Of a stretch of DNA of 64,000 bases, positions 39,859 through 50,023 are shown in pieces; within the stretch, counting starts at the first letter, position 1, and each line of letters starts with the position of its first letter. Made by a program: the position numbers and the translations under genes. The notes under the pieces are model-generated. The model was not told the DNA's origin and ran no database searches. It saw only the letters and a program-made list of their open reading frames with translations. Origin of the DNA: an uncultured Acidobacteriota bacterium (GTDB taxonomy: Bacteria; Acidobacteriota; UBA6911); contig CAWJKZ010000018.1 in NCBI GenBank assembly GCA_963843575.1, positions 97,195 through 161,194 of the forward strand, in the 5' to 3' direction.

Positions 39859-41127
39859 TCAACGGGATGTGTAAGGGCCGTGCACGGACTTGATCCTGTA
39901 GGTTTCGGCTGAATCGTCGAGGACGAAGACGCTGTACGTGTCGCCCCCCGGTGCGACGCGGATGACGATGTGGCCATGGCCGCTGGCGAGTTTGTCGAGT
40001 CCGACGACAACGAGGCGGTTGGCTTCGTGCATGTTGGTTGCGAAGATGTCGCGCGGGCCCGGGTAGACGCGCGTGGATTGCAGGCGGCTGTACACCCTGG
40101 CGGTGGGGTGTGCCGATTCCCACACGTTCAGCAGCCAGACCCGTGGCCGGAGCGTCGACACGAACGTGGCATTCTGCGAGTCGATATAGCCGTGGTGGTT
40201 GAGGATAGCGGCATCCACGGGGCCGACGGCCTGCGACACGGGGGTCTCGACGTCGTGCCACCCCGGGTAGCCTTCGAACGGGATGCCGGGGATGTCGCCC
40301 CCGCTGTAGAAGTCGAACTTGCCGTAGCTCAGCCGGATGCCCGCGCTGCACATGTTTTCCGAAGGCCGGTCCTCGGCCGGGACGTCCTTCAACTCAGGGA
40401 AATGCTGGCGCGTGTTGTTCCCGACTCCCGTCCAGACCTCCCCGTTGGCCATGATGTTCCGCACCTGGAAGCCGGGGTATTTCCCGGGCTCGCGCCGCAG
40501 CACGATCTGGTCCGACCGGCCCGGCTGGAAGCGTTCGATGCGCATCCCGTTATGTTCCGTCTGCCAGGCGAGGAAAGCCCGGTAGTTCTTCACGCCGGCA
40601 TCCTGCAGCGGTGCGGGGTAGTCGTACCCAGGCCACCCGCGGTCGAGCATCCTGCGGATCGGGATCTGTTCGGCGACCTCCGTGAGTCCAGACAGCTTGT
40701 ACGCCCCGTTCTTCGAGGGTTTCGAGGTGTCGGACACCTGCCCCATGTGGTCGGAGTGGAAATGGGTGAGCAGCGCATAGCTCAGCTCCGGCTGGCTCTC
40801 GTGCCTGAGCATCTGGCGGACATAGCGGGCGAGCCATTCGCCGGGCGTACGGGAATCGTCCGGCCGGGGGTCGACGAAGCGCGGATTCCTGCTGGTCTGC
40901 GCGCCCGCGTCGACCAGCATCGTGGTGCCATCGGGGAAGAGGAAGAGTGCGGAATTCCCACGGCCAGTGCTGATCTGGTGGATTTCGAGCGTGCCGGGGG
41001 TCCACTGCGACAGGACCTCTCCCACCGCCTGCGCCCTGGCCTGCGCCGCGACGGTCAGGGCCGCGGCGAACCACAACAGGCGGACGGCTGCGCGGGTCCG
41101 GAATGCGATTCTGATCATCTCATTCAC
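39859..41127 (-). CDS. Exported metallo-beta-lactamase-fold hydrolase (ComEC/Rec2-like)
   Basis: THFHSDHMG, LVDAG, GGD, NHHG. Confidence 0.88.
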   Translation of the reverse strand: MNEMIRIAFRTRAAVRLLWFAAALTVAAQARAQAVGEVLSQWTPGTLEIHQISTGRGNSALFLFPDGTTMLVDAGAQTSRNPRFVDPRPDDSRTPGEWLARYVRQMLRHESQPELSYALLTHFHSDHMGQVSDTSKPSKNGAYKLSGLTEVAEQIPIRRMLDRGWPGYDYPAPLQDAGVKNYRAFLAWQTEHNGMRIERFQPGRSDQIVLRREPGKYPGFQVRNIMANGEVWTGVGNNTRQHFPELKDVPAEDRPSENMCSAGIRLSYGKFDFYSGGDIPGIPFEGYPGWHDVETPVSQAVGPVDAAILNHHGYIDSQNATFVSTLRPRVWLLNVWESAHPTARVYSRLQSTRVYPGPRDIFATNMHEANRLVVVGLDKLASGHGHIVIRVAPGGDTYSVFVLDDSAETYRIKSVHGPYTSR

Positions 41128-41140
41128 CTCGGGTTAATCT

Positions 41141-42874
41141 TCAGGACTCGATCTTACCCGAACTCCCCCTGCCGGCGCGAGGGCCTCGATTGTCGCGCAC
41201 GGGGGCGTGGTCAAGATTAGCCACCCGCATGCCGATGGCATAGGCCAGACGGGTGATGCGCGTCATCTTCGGGAAATCGATCTTGTCGACGGAGTCCGTA
41301 TTGGCGTGATAATCGGGGTGCAGGCCGGTCGTCATGAAGACGACCGGGATCCCCTTGGCGGCGTAGCTGTAGTGATCGCTGCGGAAGTAGAACTGCTCGG
41401 GATCTGCGGGGTCATTCAGCTCGAAGTCGAGCTTGAGCGGCTGCGGCATGCTCCGGTTGGTTTCGACCGAGATGTTGTGCATCTCGGTGCTGATCCGGTC
41501 GGAACCGATGAGGTAGACCGTGTCGGCTTCTTCTTTCTTGTCGTCGTGGCTCCGGCCGATCATGTCCATGTTGATTTCGGCGACGATGCGGTCGATGGGA
41601 ACCGATGGGTAATCCGCGAAGTAGCGTGACCCATACAACCCGCGCTCCTCGCCGGTGTGCCAGACGAACAGCATCGAGCGGCGCGGTTTCGGACCCAGTG
41701 CGGCGGCCTTGGCGATGGCGAGCAGCGCGATCGAGCCCGATCCGTCGTCGTCGGCGCCGTTCCAGAAGCGGTCGTCCAGGGCGCCTTCCGTGATGCGGCC
41801 TTTGGGCTCCGGCCGGCGCGGACCGGACTCCGTTTGCACTACCTCGCCCTCGGCATAGCCGACGTGGTCGTAGTGGGCGCCGAAAGCGACGTAGCTGTTC
41901 CTCAACAATCGGTCCTTGCCTTCCACAATCCCGACCACGTTGCGGGTGTATTGTGTGCGCACCACCCTGTACTCGGCGTCGAGATTGAACGTGAGCTTCA
42001 CCTTTTGCAGCGCGAATCTCGGGAGCGGTTCCTGGGCGGCCGCTTTCGCCTTGAGATCCGCGTAGGAGGCCTCCTGGCCGCGGAAGAGGAACTCGAAGAA
42101 CTCATCTTGGGCCGCGACGTTCGGCGGGAGCGGGTTGTCCAGCCGCTGGACCGTGGTGAAGTCCGCCCGCTCGATCGGCGGACCGCCGAACCCGCCCCCC
42201 GGGCGCGCCGCCGCGCCGGCCTGCTGCTCGCGCCGCTGGGGGTTGTTTTCCGGGCCGCCGCCCGGCCGGGCCGGACCAATGCTCGCGACGGCGCCCTTCT
42301 GCTCCGTGGCGAAACGGCCGCGCCCGGAGATCAGACGGCGGTACTGCCCCGCGAGTTCCTTCGGCCCGGCGGTCCCGAGGAACACGGCGACGCTGCCAGC
42401 GATGTCGACTCCCTTGTAGTCGCTGTAGTTCGCCGCGGGTGCCTCGAGGCCATAGCCGACGAACCGGATCTGATCGGAGGTGAAGCGCCTGCGTGCCCCG
42501 ACATTCGGGGGGAGCGTGATAGCCTCGCCCGTTTTAAAAGTGCGGGTCTCGCCGCCGTTTTCCACCGTGACGGTGGAACGATTGTCGCTCTTGACACCGA
42601 GGACGGCGACACGCTGGAAGTAGGAACCGTTGTCGCCCGCCGGACGCACCCCCCAGGGTTTGAGCTGGCCGGCGATATAGGCGGCCGCGAGCCCGAGCCC
42701 CTCGGAATAGGTGGTTCTCCCTTCCAGTTCGTCGGAGGAGAAATAGGTGAGCCACTGCTGGAGTTCGTCGGTTCGGATGAGGCTGGGATTACCCACCGGC
42801 AACGCCGAAACGGGGAAGGGGCCAACGAGCAGGGCGAGTTGCAGGAAGCCTGCGGTCAGGAAGCGTAGACGCAT
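41141..42874 (-). CDS. M28 family metallopeptidase with PA domain
   Basis: GAHYDHVG, NGADDDGSGS, GEERGLYGS, NMDMIGR, RSDHY, HPDYH. Confidence 0.95.
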   Translation of the reverse strand: MRLRFLTAGFLQLALLVGPFPVSALPVGNPSLIRTDELQQWLTYFSSDELEGRTTYSEGLGLAAAYIAGQLKPWGVRPAGDNGSYFQRVAVLGVKSDNRSTVTVENGGETRTFKTGEAITLPPNVGARRRFTSDQIRFVGYGLEAPAANYSDYKGVDIAGSVAVFLGTAGPKELAGQYRRLISGRGRFATEQKGAVASIGPARPGGGPENNPQRREQQAGAAARPGGGFGGPPIERADFTTVQRLDNPLPPNVAAQDEFFEFLFRGQEASYADLKAKAAAQEPLPRFALQKVKLTFNLDAEYRVVRTQYTRNVVGIVEGKDRLLRNSYVAFGAHYDHVGYAEGEVVQTESGPRRPEPKGRITEGALDDRFWNGADDDGSGSIALLAIAKAAALGPKPRRSMLFVWHTGEERGLYGSRYFADYPSVPIDRIVAEINMDMIGRSHDDKKEEADTVYLIGSDRISTEMHNISVETNRSMPQPLKLDFELNDPADPEQFYFRSDHYSYAAKGIPVVFMTTGLHPDYHANTDSVDKIDFPKMTRITRLAYAIGMRVANLDHAPVRDNRGPRAGRGSSGKIES

Positions 42875-42969
42875 GAAGTCTCCTCTTGCGGGGCGATTGG
42901 CATCATGGACGAGTACGACACCCGCTGCTGATTTGTTTCAGGGAGGGAAGAGCTGGCGCGGCGGGGCCC

Positions 42970-45081
42970 TCAGGGGGCCTCGGCATAGGCGGGCGGGGCT
43001 TTTTTGGTGCGGAGCAGCCTGAAGATGTTCGTGTAGTCGTCGGTCCACGACACGAGTTTCTGACCCTCGGGCCACCGGGCGATCGCCGTCTCGATGTCGG
43101 GGTTGTCCAGGAAGCGCCGGTTGGCGGTGATGAGGACCCAATCGGTGCTGTCCGTCCCCTGGCGCGAGTTCCCTTCGGCGGGCACCCAGAACGCGTGCGC
43201 CCGGCTCCCCGGCACGGATGCCGGGAGGCTGCGCACGACCGGCCCCAGGTCGAAATACCGGCTGCTGATGTGCAGCGCCAGGATGCCGTCGTCCTGCAGA
43301 TGGTACCTGTAGATTGCATAGCACTCGCGCGTGAGCAGGTGGACGGGTATGGCGTCGCTGGCGAAGGCGTCGATGGCGAGTATGTCGAAGCGCTGGGGCT
43401 CCCCGCGCTCCCGCTCGCGCTCCAAGGAAACCCGTGCGTCGCCCAGCACGACATCGACCACGGCGTCGGAATCCCGGCGATAGGTGAAGTAGCGCTCCGA
43501 GAAACGGACGACCTCGGGATTGATTTCGTAGAAGCGGAAATAGTCGCCCTGCTGCCCATAGCTGGCGAGGGTGCCGGCACCCAACCCGACGATGCCCACC
43601 CGGAGCCCCGCGTGGCCGTCGGTGCGCTTCGGGTGATAACGGATGGCCAATCCCACGCCGCTGTTCGGCCCGAAATACGACGTCGGCCAGTAACGTTTCT
43701 CCGGCGAGCGGTACTGGAAGCCGTGCTCGATGCGGCCGTGCATGAGGACGTAACGGTGTTCCTCGGGATTGTCCTGCTCCTCCTCGAGGACGCGCAGCAT
43801 GCCGAAGAAATTGCGCGTCACGTCGAGCGTGCCCTCCAGGCCGCGGCCGATGTGCACGGCGAGCGCCGCGGCGAGCCCGACCAGGGTGACGTAGCAGGCC
43901 GACCACGCCCAAATCGGCCGTCCGCCGCCGAGACGGCTGCTCCGGTCCCGGAACATGATCGAGAGCAGAAGGATCGGGGTGACGAGCAGCACGAGATGGT
44001 ACTCCCAGAGCCCCGCGAACAACAACGGCGCCGCCAGGGTCACTAGCGCTCCGCCGAGCGCCCCGCCTAGGGCGACGATGAAGTAAAACGAAGTCAGGTC
44101 TTCCACCCCGGGTTTGAGCCTCACCAGTTCCCCGTGGCACACCATGCAGCAGACGAAGAGCGTGAGCGCATAGGATGCGATCTGCAGCCGCACATCGAGG
44201 AAGACGCCTTGAAACAGGACGACGCAGGCCTGGGCCAGCGCTCCCGCGAGCGCCACCGCGAAGATACCGCGCGAGTACCACGGGCGACGCTGGAAGCACA
44301 GGATGAAGGTGAGGAGGTAGAGCCCGAGCGGCAGGATCCACAACAGCGGCACGACGGCGACGTCCTGGCAGATCTGATTCGTGGTCGCAAGCAGGTTGAC
44401 CGACCCGCACGCGGTCAGCGCGAGCCACAGCAGCCGCCTCCCGGCGGAAGGGCGCGGGTGCGCCGGCGCCTGCGGCGGGTCTACGGAACCCTCCGCCCGG
44501 CCGAGCCGGAAGATGCCGGCCGCACAGGCCGCCGTCAGCACGAAAAACAGGCCGTACCACCACGACCAGAGACGCGATTGCTGGTTGAGGGTCAGGGCCG
44601 GCTCGATCAGGAGCGGAAACGCGGGGAGCGCCAGCAGGGAACCGAGGTTGGAGAGGGCGTACAGCGGGTACGGCGACGTGCCCGGCTTCGTGTGGGGGAA
44701 CCAGGACTGCAGCAGCGGCCCGGTGGCGGACAGCAGGAGATACGTCGGGCCGATGCTCACGACGAGCAGCGTCATGATGCCAAGGACGGGCGAACCGCCC
44801 GGTTGGGGCCTCCAGATGCCGGCCGGCACCACCGGGAGAGTCAGGACTGATCCCAGGACGAGAAACCCGTGCAGGAACGCCTGCCGGCGCACCGGAACGC
44901 GCACCGCCATCAGGTGGGCATAGCCGTATCCAGCCAGCAACATGAGCTGGAAAAAGAGCATGCAGGTTGTCCACACGGCCGGGCTGCCGCCATACCAGGG
45001 CAGGATGTACTTTCCCATCAGGGGCTGGACGAGGAACAGGAGGAAGGCACTGACGAAGAGGGTCGACCCATAAAGCACCAT
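42970..45081 (-). CDS. Fused membrane protein / spermidine-synthase-like methyltransferase
   Basis: LVQPLMGK.ILPWYGGSPAVW, YALSNLGS, GLGAGTLA, YEINP, GDAR, DAF.SDAIPVHLLT. Confidence 0.92.
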   Translation of the reverse strand: MVLYGSTLFVSAFLLFLVQPLMGKYILPWYGGSPAVWTTCMLFFQLMLLAGYGYAHLMAVRVPVRRQAFLHGFLVLGSVLTLPVVPAGIWRPQPGGSPVLGIMTLLVVSIGPTYLLLSATGPLLQSWFPHTKPGTSPYPLYALSNLGSLLALPAFPLLIEPALTLNQQSRLWSWWYGLFFVLTAACAAGIFRLGRAEGSVDPPQAPAHPRPSAGRRLLWLALTACGSVNLLATTNQICQDVAVVPLLWILPLGLYLLTFILCFQRRPWYSRGIFAVALAGALAQACVVLFQGVFLDVRLQIASYALTLFVCCMVCHGELVRLKPGVEDLTSFYFIVALGGALGGALVTLAAPLLFAGLWEYHLVLLVTPILLLSIMFRDRSSRLGGGRPIWAWSACYVTLVGLAAALAVHIGRGLEGTLDVTRNFFGMLRVLEEEQDNPEEHRYVLMHGRIEHGFQYRSPEKRYWPTSYFGPNSGVGLAIRYHPKRTDGHAGLRVGIVGLGAGTLASYGQQGDYFRFYEINPEVVRFSERYFTYRRDSDAVVDVVLGDARVSLERERERGEPQRFDILAIDAFASDAIPVHLLTRECYAIYRYHLQDDGILALHISSRYFDLGPVVRSLPASVPGSRAHAFWVPAEGNSRQGTDSTDWVLITANRRFLDNPDIETAIARWPEGQKLVSWTDDYTNIFRLLRTKKAPPAYAEAP

Positions 45082-45542
45082 GTACTGTCCTTCGCCCCGG
45101 GGAGAGCCGGTGTCCGCGAAGCCTCGGCGAATTTTACGCCCCTTCCCGGGTCAAGTCTGCCGGAAATCGGCCCCGGCCCGCGTAGTACCATAGTGGTGAG
45201 GGGAGGTGGCCGCCGATTGAGGGACATCGACATTCCATTGTCGTGGCGCCCGGCGCTGGAACACCGCCTCCGGCATGAATCGTCCGTCACGGGATTTTGG
45301 TCGGCGACAGCGGCGTGCGGTGACCCGGCCTGTGACCTCCTCGAGGTCGCCATCCGGATGTGGGGCGCGACTCCGCCACAACCGTCGTAGCCCCGCACCT
45401 TCTCCCTCCGGCCAGCCTGCCAATCCCGTGTTGTATTTCCGCGTCAGAAGTTCTATAAGCTGGACATACTAATTTTCACAAATCGCCGATCGCTGGTCCG
45501 AATCATCCAAGCACGTGTCGCGACCGGCCCGCGATCCTTGAA

Positions 45543-46565
45543 CATGGAACCGCAACCATCACCGTGCAGATGAAAATCAATCCCGCCAAGCTGGCCGGTT
45601 GGACGTTGAACTCGGGTTCTCAGGGCGCCAACGGCGACACCTTGACCGCCAACGAGTTCGACGGCTACATCTGGATGGACGATCTCGGCACGACCGCCGA
45701 CAACGCGGCCATGCTGCACATGCCCTGGCATGTCCTGCCCCGCCTCTCCGGCAGGGTGGAGGTGAGCGACAAGAACGTAGCCCCGAACGGTACGGTGTCG
45801 GTGACCAACAACGGGGCCGGCCCCGCCTATATCGATACCTACTCGCTGCTTGCGACGAGCGGTAATCTGCCGGAGAGCGTGTGGGGTGCAAACAAGGCCA
45901 TCGTCGACTTGAAGCACGTGGGCGTGGCCACCTACCCGGTCCCCGCCGGATACTGCTCCGCCAACCCGTCCTTCGTGATGGCCCTGCAGATCACGACGTG
46001 GGAGCGCCAGGCGCATGCCAACGCCCCGGCGGAATTCGACGTCTACTTCGACACCAACCGCGACGGCACGCCGGACTTCGTCGCATACACCTTCGACCTC
46101 TCGAACTCGACCACCTTCGACGGCCGTAGCGCCACGCATGTGGTCAATTTGTCGAACAACACCGGATCGGTGTACTTCTATACTGACCACGCCACCAACA
46201 GCGTGAACACTACCCTGTTGTTTTGCGGCGAGCAGATCGATATGAACGCCGCGAACTTCGGCCAGATGATGGACGTCGGGGTGTACGCCTTCGATTGGTA
46301 CAACTCCGGCGCCCTGACCGACTCGGTCGAAGGCTTGACCTTCGCCCCGTTGGGGGAGCGCTACGTCGCCCAGTTCGGCTCAATCTACTTCAGCACCGAC
46401 CTGGCCCCGTACGGCGGCACGCCGCTGACCTTGCTCGATATGGGGGCGGCGGGCACCAACCCGGCCGAGCTGGGTTTGCTCCTGATCAACACCGCCACCC
46501 GAGGCAGCGTAAAGAGCGGGGCGGCCATCAAGTACGAGGCGACGCCTTTGTTCATCAAGCCGTGA
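45543..46565 (+). pseudogene. C-terminal fragment resembling the non-catalytic tail of a large secreted S8 peptidase
   Basis: Beta-rich, host-like codon use, EFDGY...LHMPWHVLPR, DTNRDGTPDF; no signal peptide, RBS or catalytic domain; in-frame stop at 45456. Family assignment is from recall. Confidence 0.55.
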
Positions 46566-46612
46566 GGGACCTGACCAGCGAGCCATCGAGCCGGCCTCGA
46601 AGGCTCCAGGAA

Positions 46613-46669
46613 CTCAAAGAATCTCGAAGGTGGTGTTTTTTGAGCAAGACAACTTCGAGATTCTTTGAG
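46613..46669. repeat. REP-like inverted repeat, family A
   Basis: CTCAAAGAATCTCGAAG / CTTCGAGATTCTTTGAG perfect 17-bp arms, extended outward by degenerate units. Confidence 0.8.
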
Positions 46670-46764
46670 GCCTTCGAGCCTTGGAGGTGAGCCGCAAGGG
46701 GCATCTCTGGTCAGTGAAGCTGAACGATTAAGTCCGTATGGTCCGACTTCAGACAGGAGGCACT

Positions 46765-48156
46765 ATGACCGGCCCATTCTCGAGACGCGAATTTATCGCT
46801 GCGACAACGATCGGGGCGGCGGCCGCGCCGCACGTTTGGCCCTACTTCCCGGCCGGTAACGACGGGTTGCCGGTGACCCGCATCCGAAAAATCTACCTGG
46901 CCAAACCCGTGCCGACCTGGCCCAAGCCCGATCTGAACGTCGCCGCGGAAATCCGCCGTATCGACACGCAGCTCGCGGCCCTGGCGGACCGCATGCCGGG
47001 GATCCGCCTGGAGGGAGGGGAACTCTACCGCGTCCCGGACGAAGTGCCGTCCTCGCTACAAGCGCTCGGCAATCCCGACGGTCTGCTGGTCTTCAATCTC
47101 ACGTCGACGGTCAGCTCGCACATCGAGAAGCTCGCCTCGACGGGGCTCCCGACGATCCTTTTTTCGCAGCCGTACAGCGGGCATGACTGGTCGTCTATTC
47201 CCGAGATGCGTAAACGCGGGCTCTGTATCGTATGCATTTCCACGAGTGACTTCGGCGAGATCCCCACGGCTACTCGGCTCATACGCACAGCCCACCTCAT
47301 GAAAAACACGCGCATCCTGTACGTGAACACTTCTGCGCCTGGGATCGAAACCTGCGCCCGCATCCGGGAGTGCCTCGGCACCGAAATCGTCCACGTTACC
47401 CCCGAACGGGTGAACGCCGCTTTCGAAGCCGCCAACGAGGCCGCTTGCCGCTCGGAAGCGCAAGAGTGGATTTCCGGGGCAATGCGGGTGGTCGAGCCTT
47501 CCCAGCAGGACATCGTCGGCTCCGGCCGGATGTACCTGGCCCTGCGCAAAATCATGGAAGAGGAACGCGCCCAGGCCGTTACAATCAACTGCCTGGGACT
47601 GTTCTACGCGAAACGGCTCCCCGCCTACCCCTGCCTCGCGTTCTGCAAGATGAACGACCTTGGGCTCGTCGGCGTGTGCGAAGGCGACCTCGATTCAACC
47701 CTCACGCAGCTGATGTTTACCTATGCCTTCGGAGTGCCCGGCTATGTGAGCGATCCCGTGATCGACACGTCCAACAACACGGTGATCCACGCCCACTGCG
47801 TTTCGGCGACGCGGATGGATGGGCCTTCCGGCGAGCGTGCCCAGTACATCATCCGGAGCCACATGGAAGACAACAAGGGCGCGTCGCTCCAGGTCAAGAT
47901 GCGCATCGGCCAGGTGATCACGATGGCGAAGCTGATCAACCACGACACCATGCTCATTTCTACCGGTACTATCATTGACAATCCCGAGTCCGACCGCGGC
48001 TGTCGCACCAAGATCACCACCAAGGTCGCGAACGCGCGCAAGCTTCTCGAAGGGTACGAGGGCGGCCTGCACCGCGTGATTTTCTACGGCGACAGACTGA
48101 GACCAATCCATGATCTGGCGGGGCTGATGCAGTTCAAAGTGGTGGAGGAGGTTTGA
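46765..48156 (+). CDS. L-fucose/arabinose isomerase-like protein with Tat signal
   Basis: AGGAGG RBS, SRREFI, TINCL...YPCL...CEGD, AHC, CRTK, LHRVIFYGD. Confidence 0.8.
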   Translation: MTGPFSRREFIAATTIGAAAAPHVWPYFPAGNDGLPVTRIRKIYLAKPVPTWPKPDLNVAAEIRRIDTQLAALADRMPGIRLEGGELYRVPDEVPSSLQALGNPDGLLVFNLTSTVSSHIEKLASTGLPTILFSQPYSGHDWSSIPEMRKRGLCIVCISTSDFGEIPTATRLIRTAHLMKNTRILYVNTSAPGIETCARIRECLGTEIVHVTPERVNAAFEAANEAACRSEAQEWISGAMRVVEPSQQDIVGSGRMYLALRKIMEEERAQAVTINCLGLFYAKRLPAYPCLAFCKMNDLGLVGVCEGDLDSTLTQLMFTYAFGVPGYVSDPVIDTSNNTVIHAHCVSATRMDGPSGERAQYIIRSHMEDNKGASLQVKMRIGQVITMAKLINHDTMLISTGTIIDNPESDRGCRTKITTKVANARKLLEGYEGGLHRVIFYGDRLRPIHDLAGLMQFKVVEEV

Positions 48157-48186
48157 GAGGTGTAATCCGCGGCAGAAACAAAAAAA

Positions 48187-48413
48187 GGTCGCCGCGGTTC
48201 CGTTTCCTTGCCCCGGCTCTTTCGGAATGCTCTCTCCCGCTGCCCGGGATCGAGCTTCAGTCGAAAGGCGCTACCCGTCGCCGGAGCTTTCTTCCGGCGA
48301 CACCAGCCGACTGCGAGCCGGCCAGCTTCGACCTCCTGGCAGGACGAACAAACCTGTTAAGCCCGTCCGTGATGCCTTTACCGGTGTTCAAGGTCCCGCA
48401 AACTGCAGCGACC
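48187..48413 (-). ncRNA. Candidate structured non-coding RNA (~227 nt), family unassigned
   Basis: 5'/3' closing stem, several internal hairpins, upstream sigma70-like promoter, downstream U-run, no credible ORF. Confidence 0.6.
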
Positions 48414-48420
48414 AGCTGCA

Positions 48421-48450
48421 ACTTTGCCTTGGATGGTTGGCGGGCGTCAA
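48421..48450 (-). promoter_or_regulatory. Sigma70-like promoter TTGACG-N18-CAAAGT
   Basis: Places +1 at about 48413, the first base of the closing stem. Confidence 0.5.
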
Positions 48451-48470
48451 CATTATTTCTGCTGGAAAAG

Positions 48471-48526
48471 ATATCCACAGGGCATCCGGCGGCGGATGCG
48501 ACAGGTTGCGCGGCCGCTGTGGAAAA
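48471..48526. promoter_or_regulatory. Two opposed DnaA-box-like 9-mers
   Basis: ATATCCACA (48471-48479) and TGTGGAAAA (48518-48526) versus consensus TTWTNCACA. Confidence 0.4.
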
Positions 48527-48804
48527 CTACAGTTTCCAGTTTTGGATACTGACGCCGGCTGGGCCTTCAAAACCCAGGTCACGCTTCCAGAATCCAGTGC
48601 GCTTGGCGCAGAACGGCGTGCCGTGAATCTCTCATGAGTTCATACCATATCGTGAGCAGGGTCCCGTTCTGCAGCTGCACCGTGCTCGGATAGCCCAGGT
48701 CGCCGGACGCGCCATCCTCGGAGATGACGAGCGGCTCGGACCACGAGATTCTCGGAGTCTTGGAGCCGACGTAAGCCCTACGGCTCGCGAAAGCCCCGGT
48801 CCGT

Positions 48805-49956
48805 CTATATTCGGTACTGCGGGATCTTCAGGAGCTCTCCATGCTTCAGCGCCGACTGGTGGGCGACGATGCCCGCCGAGGTGAGGTTCAGCGCGGTGGC
48901 GACATCCACGATCGGTGTGCGGTCCTCGAGGATGGCGGTGACGAACTCGTGCATGAGGTAGCCGTGCGATCCGCCGTGGCCTCCGGGTTCCACGCCCGGT
49001 GGGAGCAGCGGGCGTTCTGTCGACGGCAGGTTCTTCTCGAGGCCCTGGTACTTGCCGTCGAATGAGCCCTTCTGCCCCCGCACACGCCCCACCTCCCCCT
49101 CGTGCCCGGGAGTATCCCAGCTGACCCCCATGCGGGACGTCCCGCCACCCGTCGTGCGAAAGAGCGCGATCTCGGTTCCATAGGGATTATGGTATCGGTT
49201 GTTCGCCTGCTGAAGATGGTGGAGGCGGCTCGGCACGCCCATGCAGGAGACCTCCGTGAAGCTCCCGCCGGTCACTCCGATCTGGTACGCGTTCGAGTGT
49301 GTCGGATACCACTGCGGGGGGAGACCGACGCGCCAGTCCCGGTAGGACGGGATCGGTTGCTCCATGTAATGGAAATACTCCCCCTCGGAATAGACGATCG
49401 CGCCGAGTGCACCCGTCCGGAAAAGCGTTCGCATTGCGAACAGGTCCCCTCGAAAAAACGATGTTTCGAACATCATGTATTTGAGTCCGCTGGATTTCAC
49501 CGCCGCCAGCAGCGCGTCCGCCTCCTCGAGGGACCCATACACCGCCGGGACGGCCGACGCCACGTGCTTGCCGTGTTTGAGCACTTCGATGCAGTGGCGA
49601 GCGTGACTCGGCGCGTCGGTGGCGACGAAAATGGCTTCGAGGGTGTCGTCTTTGACCATTTCCTCCAGCGAGGGATAGCTCGTTGCGCAGCGCACGACCT
49701 TGGCTAATTCCGCGCACCGGTCGGGGAACAGATCGCTGACGGCCGCGACCTCGACGTTCGGGTGGTGCTGGAAGCTGAACTCCGCCGCGAAACGGCAGAC
49801 ACCGTAGCCGACCAGGCCGACGCGCAGTTTGCGGTCGGAGACCGGCGTCCATCTTCTCGGATCGTCACGACCCGGTCCGGACGCGGCAAATCCCAGACCG
49901 GCCGCACCCAATCCGACGGTTCTCAGGAAAGACCGCCTGGTGTTCGGATGGCTCAT
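48805..49956 (-). CDS. Tat-exported Gfo/Idh/MocA oxidoreductase
   Basis: TRRSFL, VGLVGYG, GKHVASAVP, GHGGSH; GGAGG RBS before ATG 49956. Confidence 0.9.
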   Translation of the reverse strand: MSHPNTRRSFLRTVGLGAAGLGFAASGPGRDDPRRWTPVSDRKLRVGLVGYGVCRFAAEFSFQHHPNVEVAAVSDLFPDRCAELAKVVRCATSYPSLEEMVKDDTLEAIFVATDAPSHARHCIEVLKHGKHVASAVPAVYGSLEEADALLAAVKSSGLKYMMFETSFFRGDLFAMRTLFRTGALGAIVYSEGEYFHYMEQPIPSYRDWRVGLPPQWYPTHSNAYQIGVTGGSFTEVSCMGVPSRLHHLQQANNRYHNPYGTEIALFRTTGGGTSRMGVSWDTPGHEGEVGRVRGQKGSFDGKYQGLEKNLPSTERPLLPPGVEPGGHGGSHGYLMHEFVTAILEDRTPIVDVATALNLTSAGIVAHQSALKHGELLKIPQYRI

Positions 49957-50023
49957 GGAGCACCCTCCTCCGGAACGGACGACCGACAGTCCGCCCGTCA
50001 AGCGCCGGGCGGTCACTCGGGCA

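Noticed and set aside
45445-45480. dif/Xer recombination site
   Set aside because: No adequate match to the XerD arm TTATGTTAAAT
48270-48305. CCGGAAGAAAGC as SRP RNA helix 8
   Set aside because: Lacks the CAGG...GGAA...AGCA internal-loop context; forms a simple perfect hairpin
48153-48637. Short ORFs across the candidate ncRNA region
   Set aside because: No RBS, atypical composition and no motifs; RNA structure explains the region better
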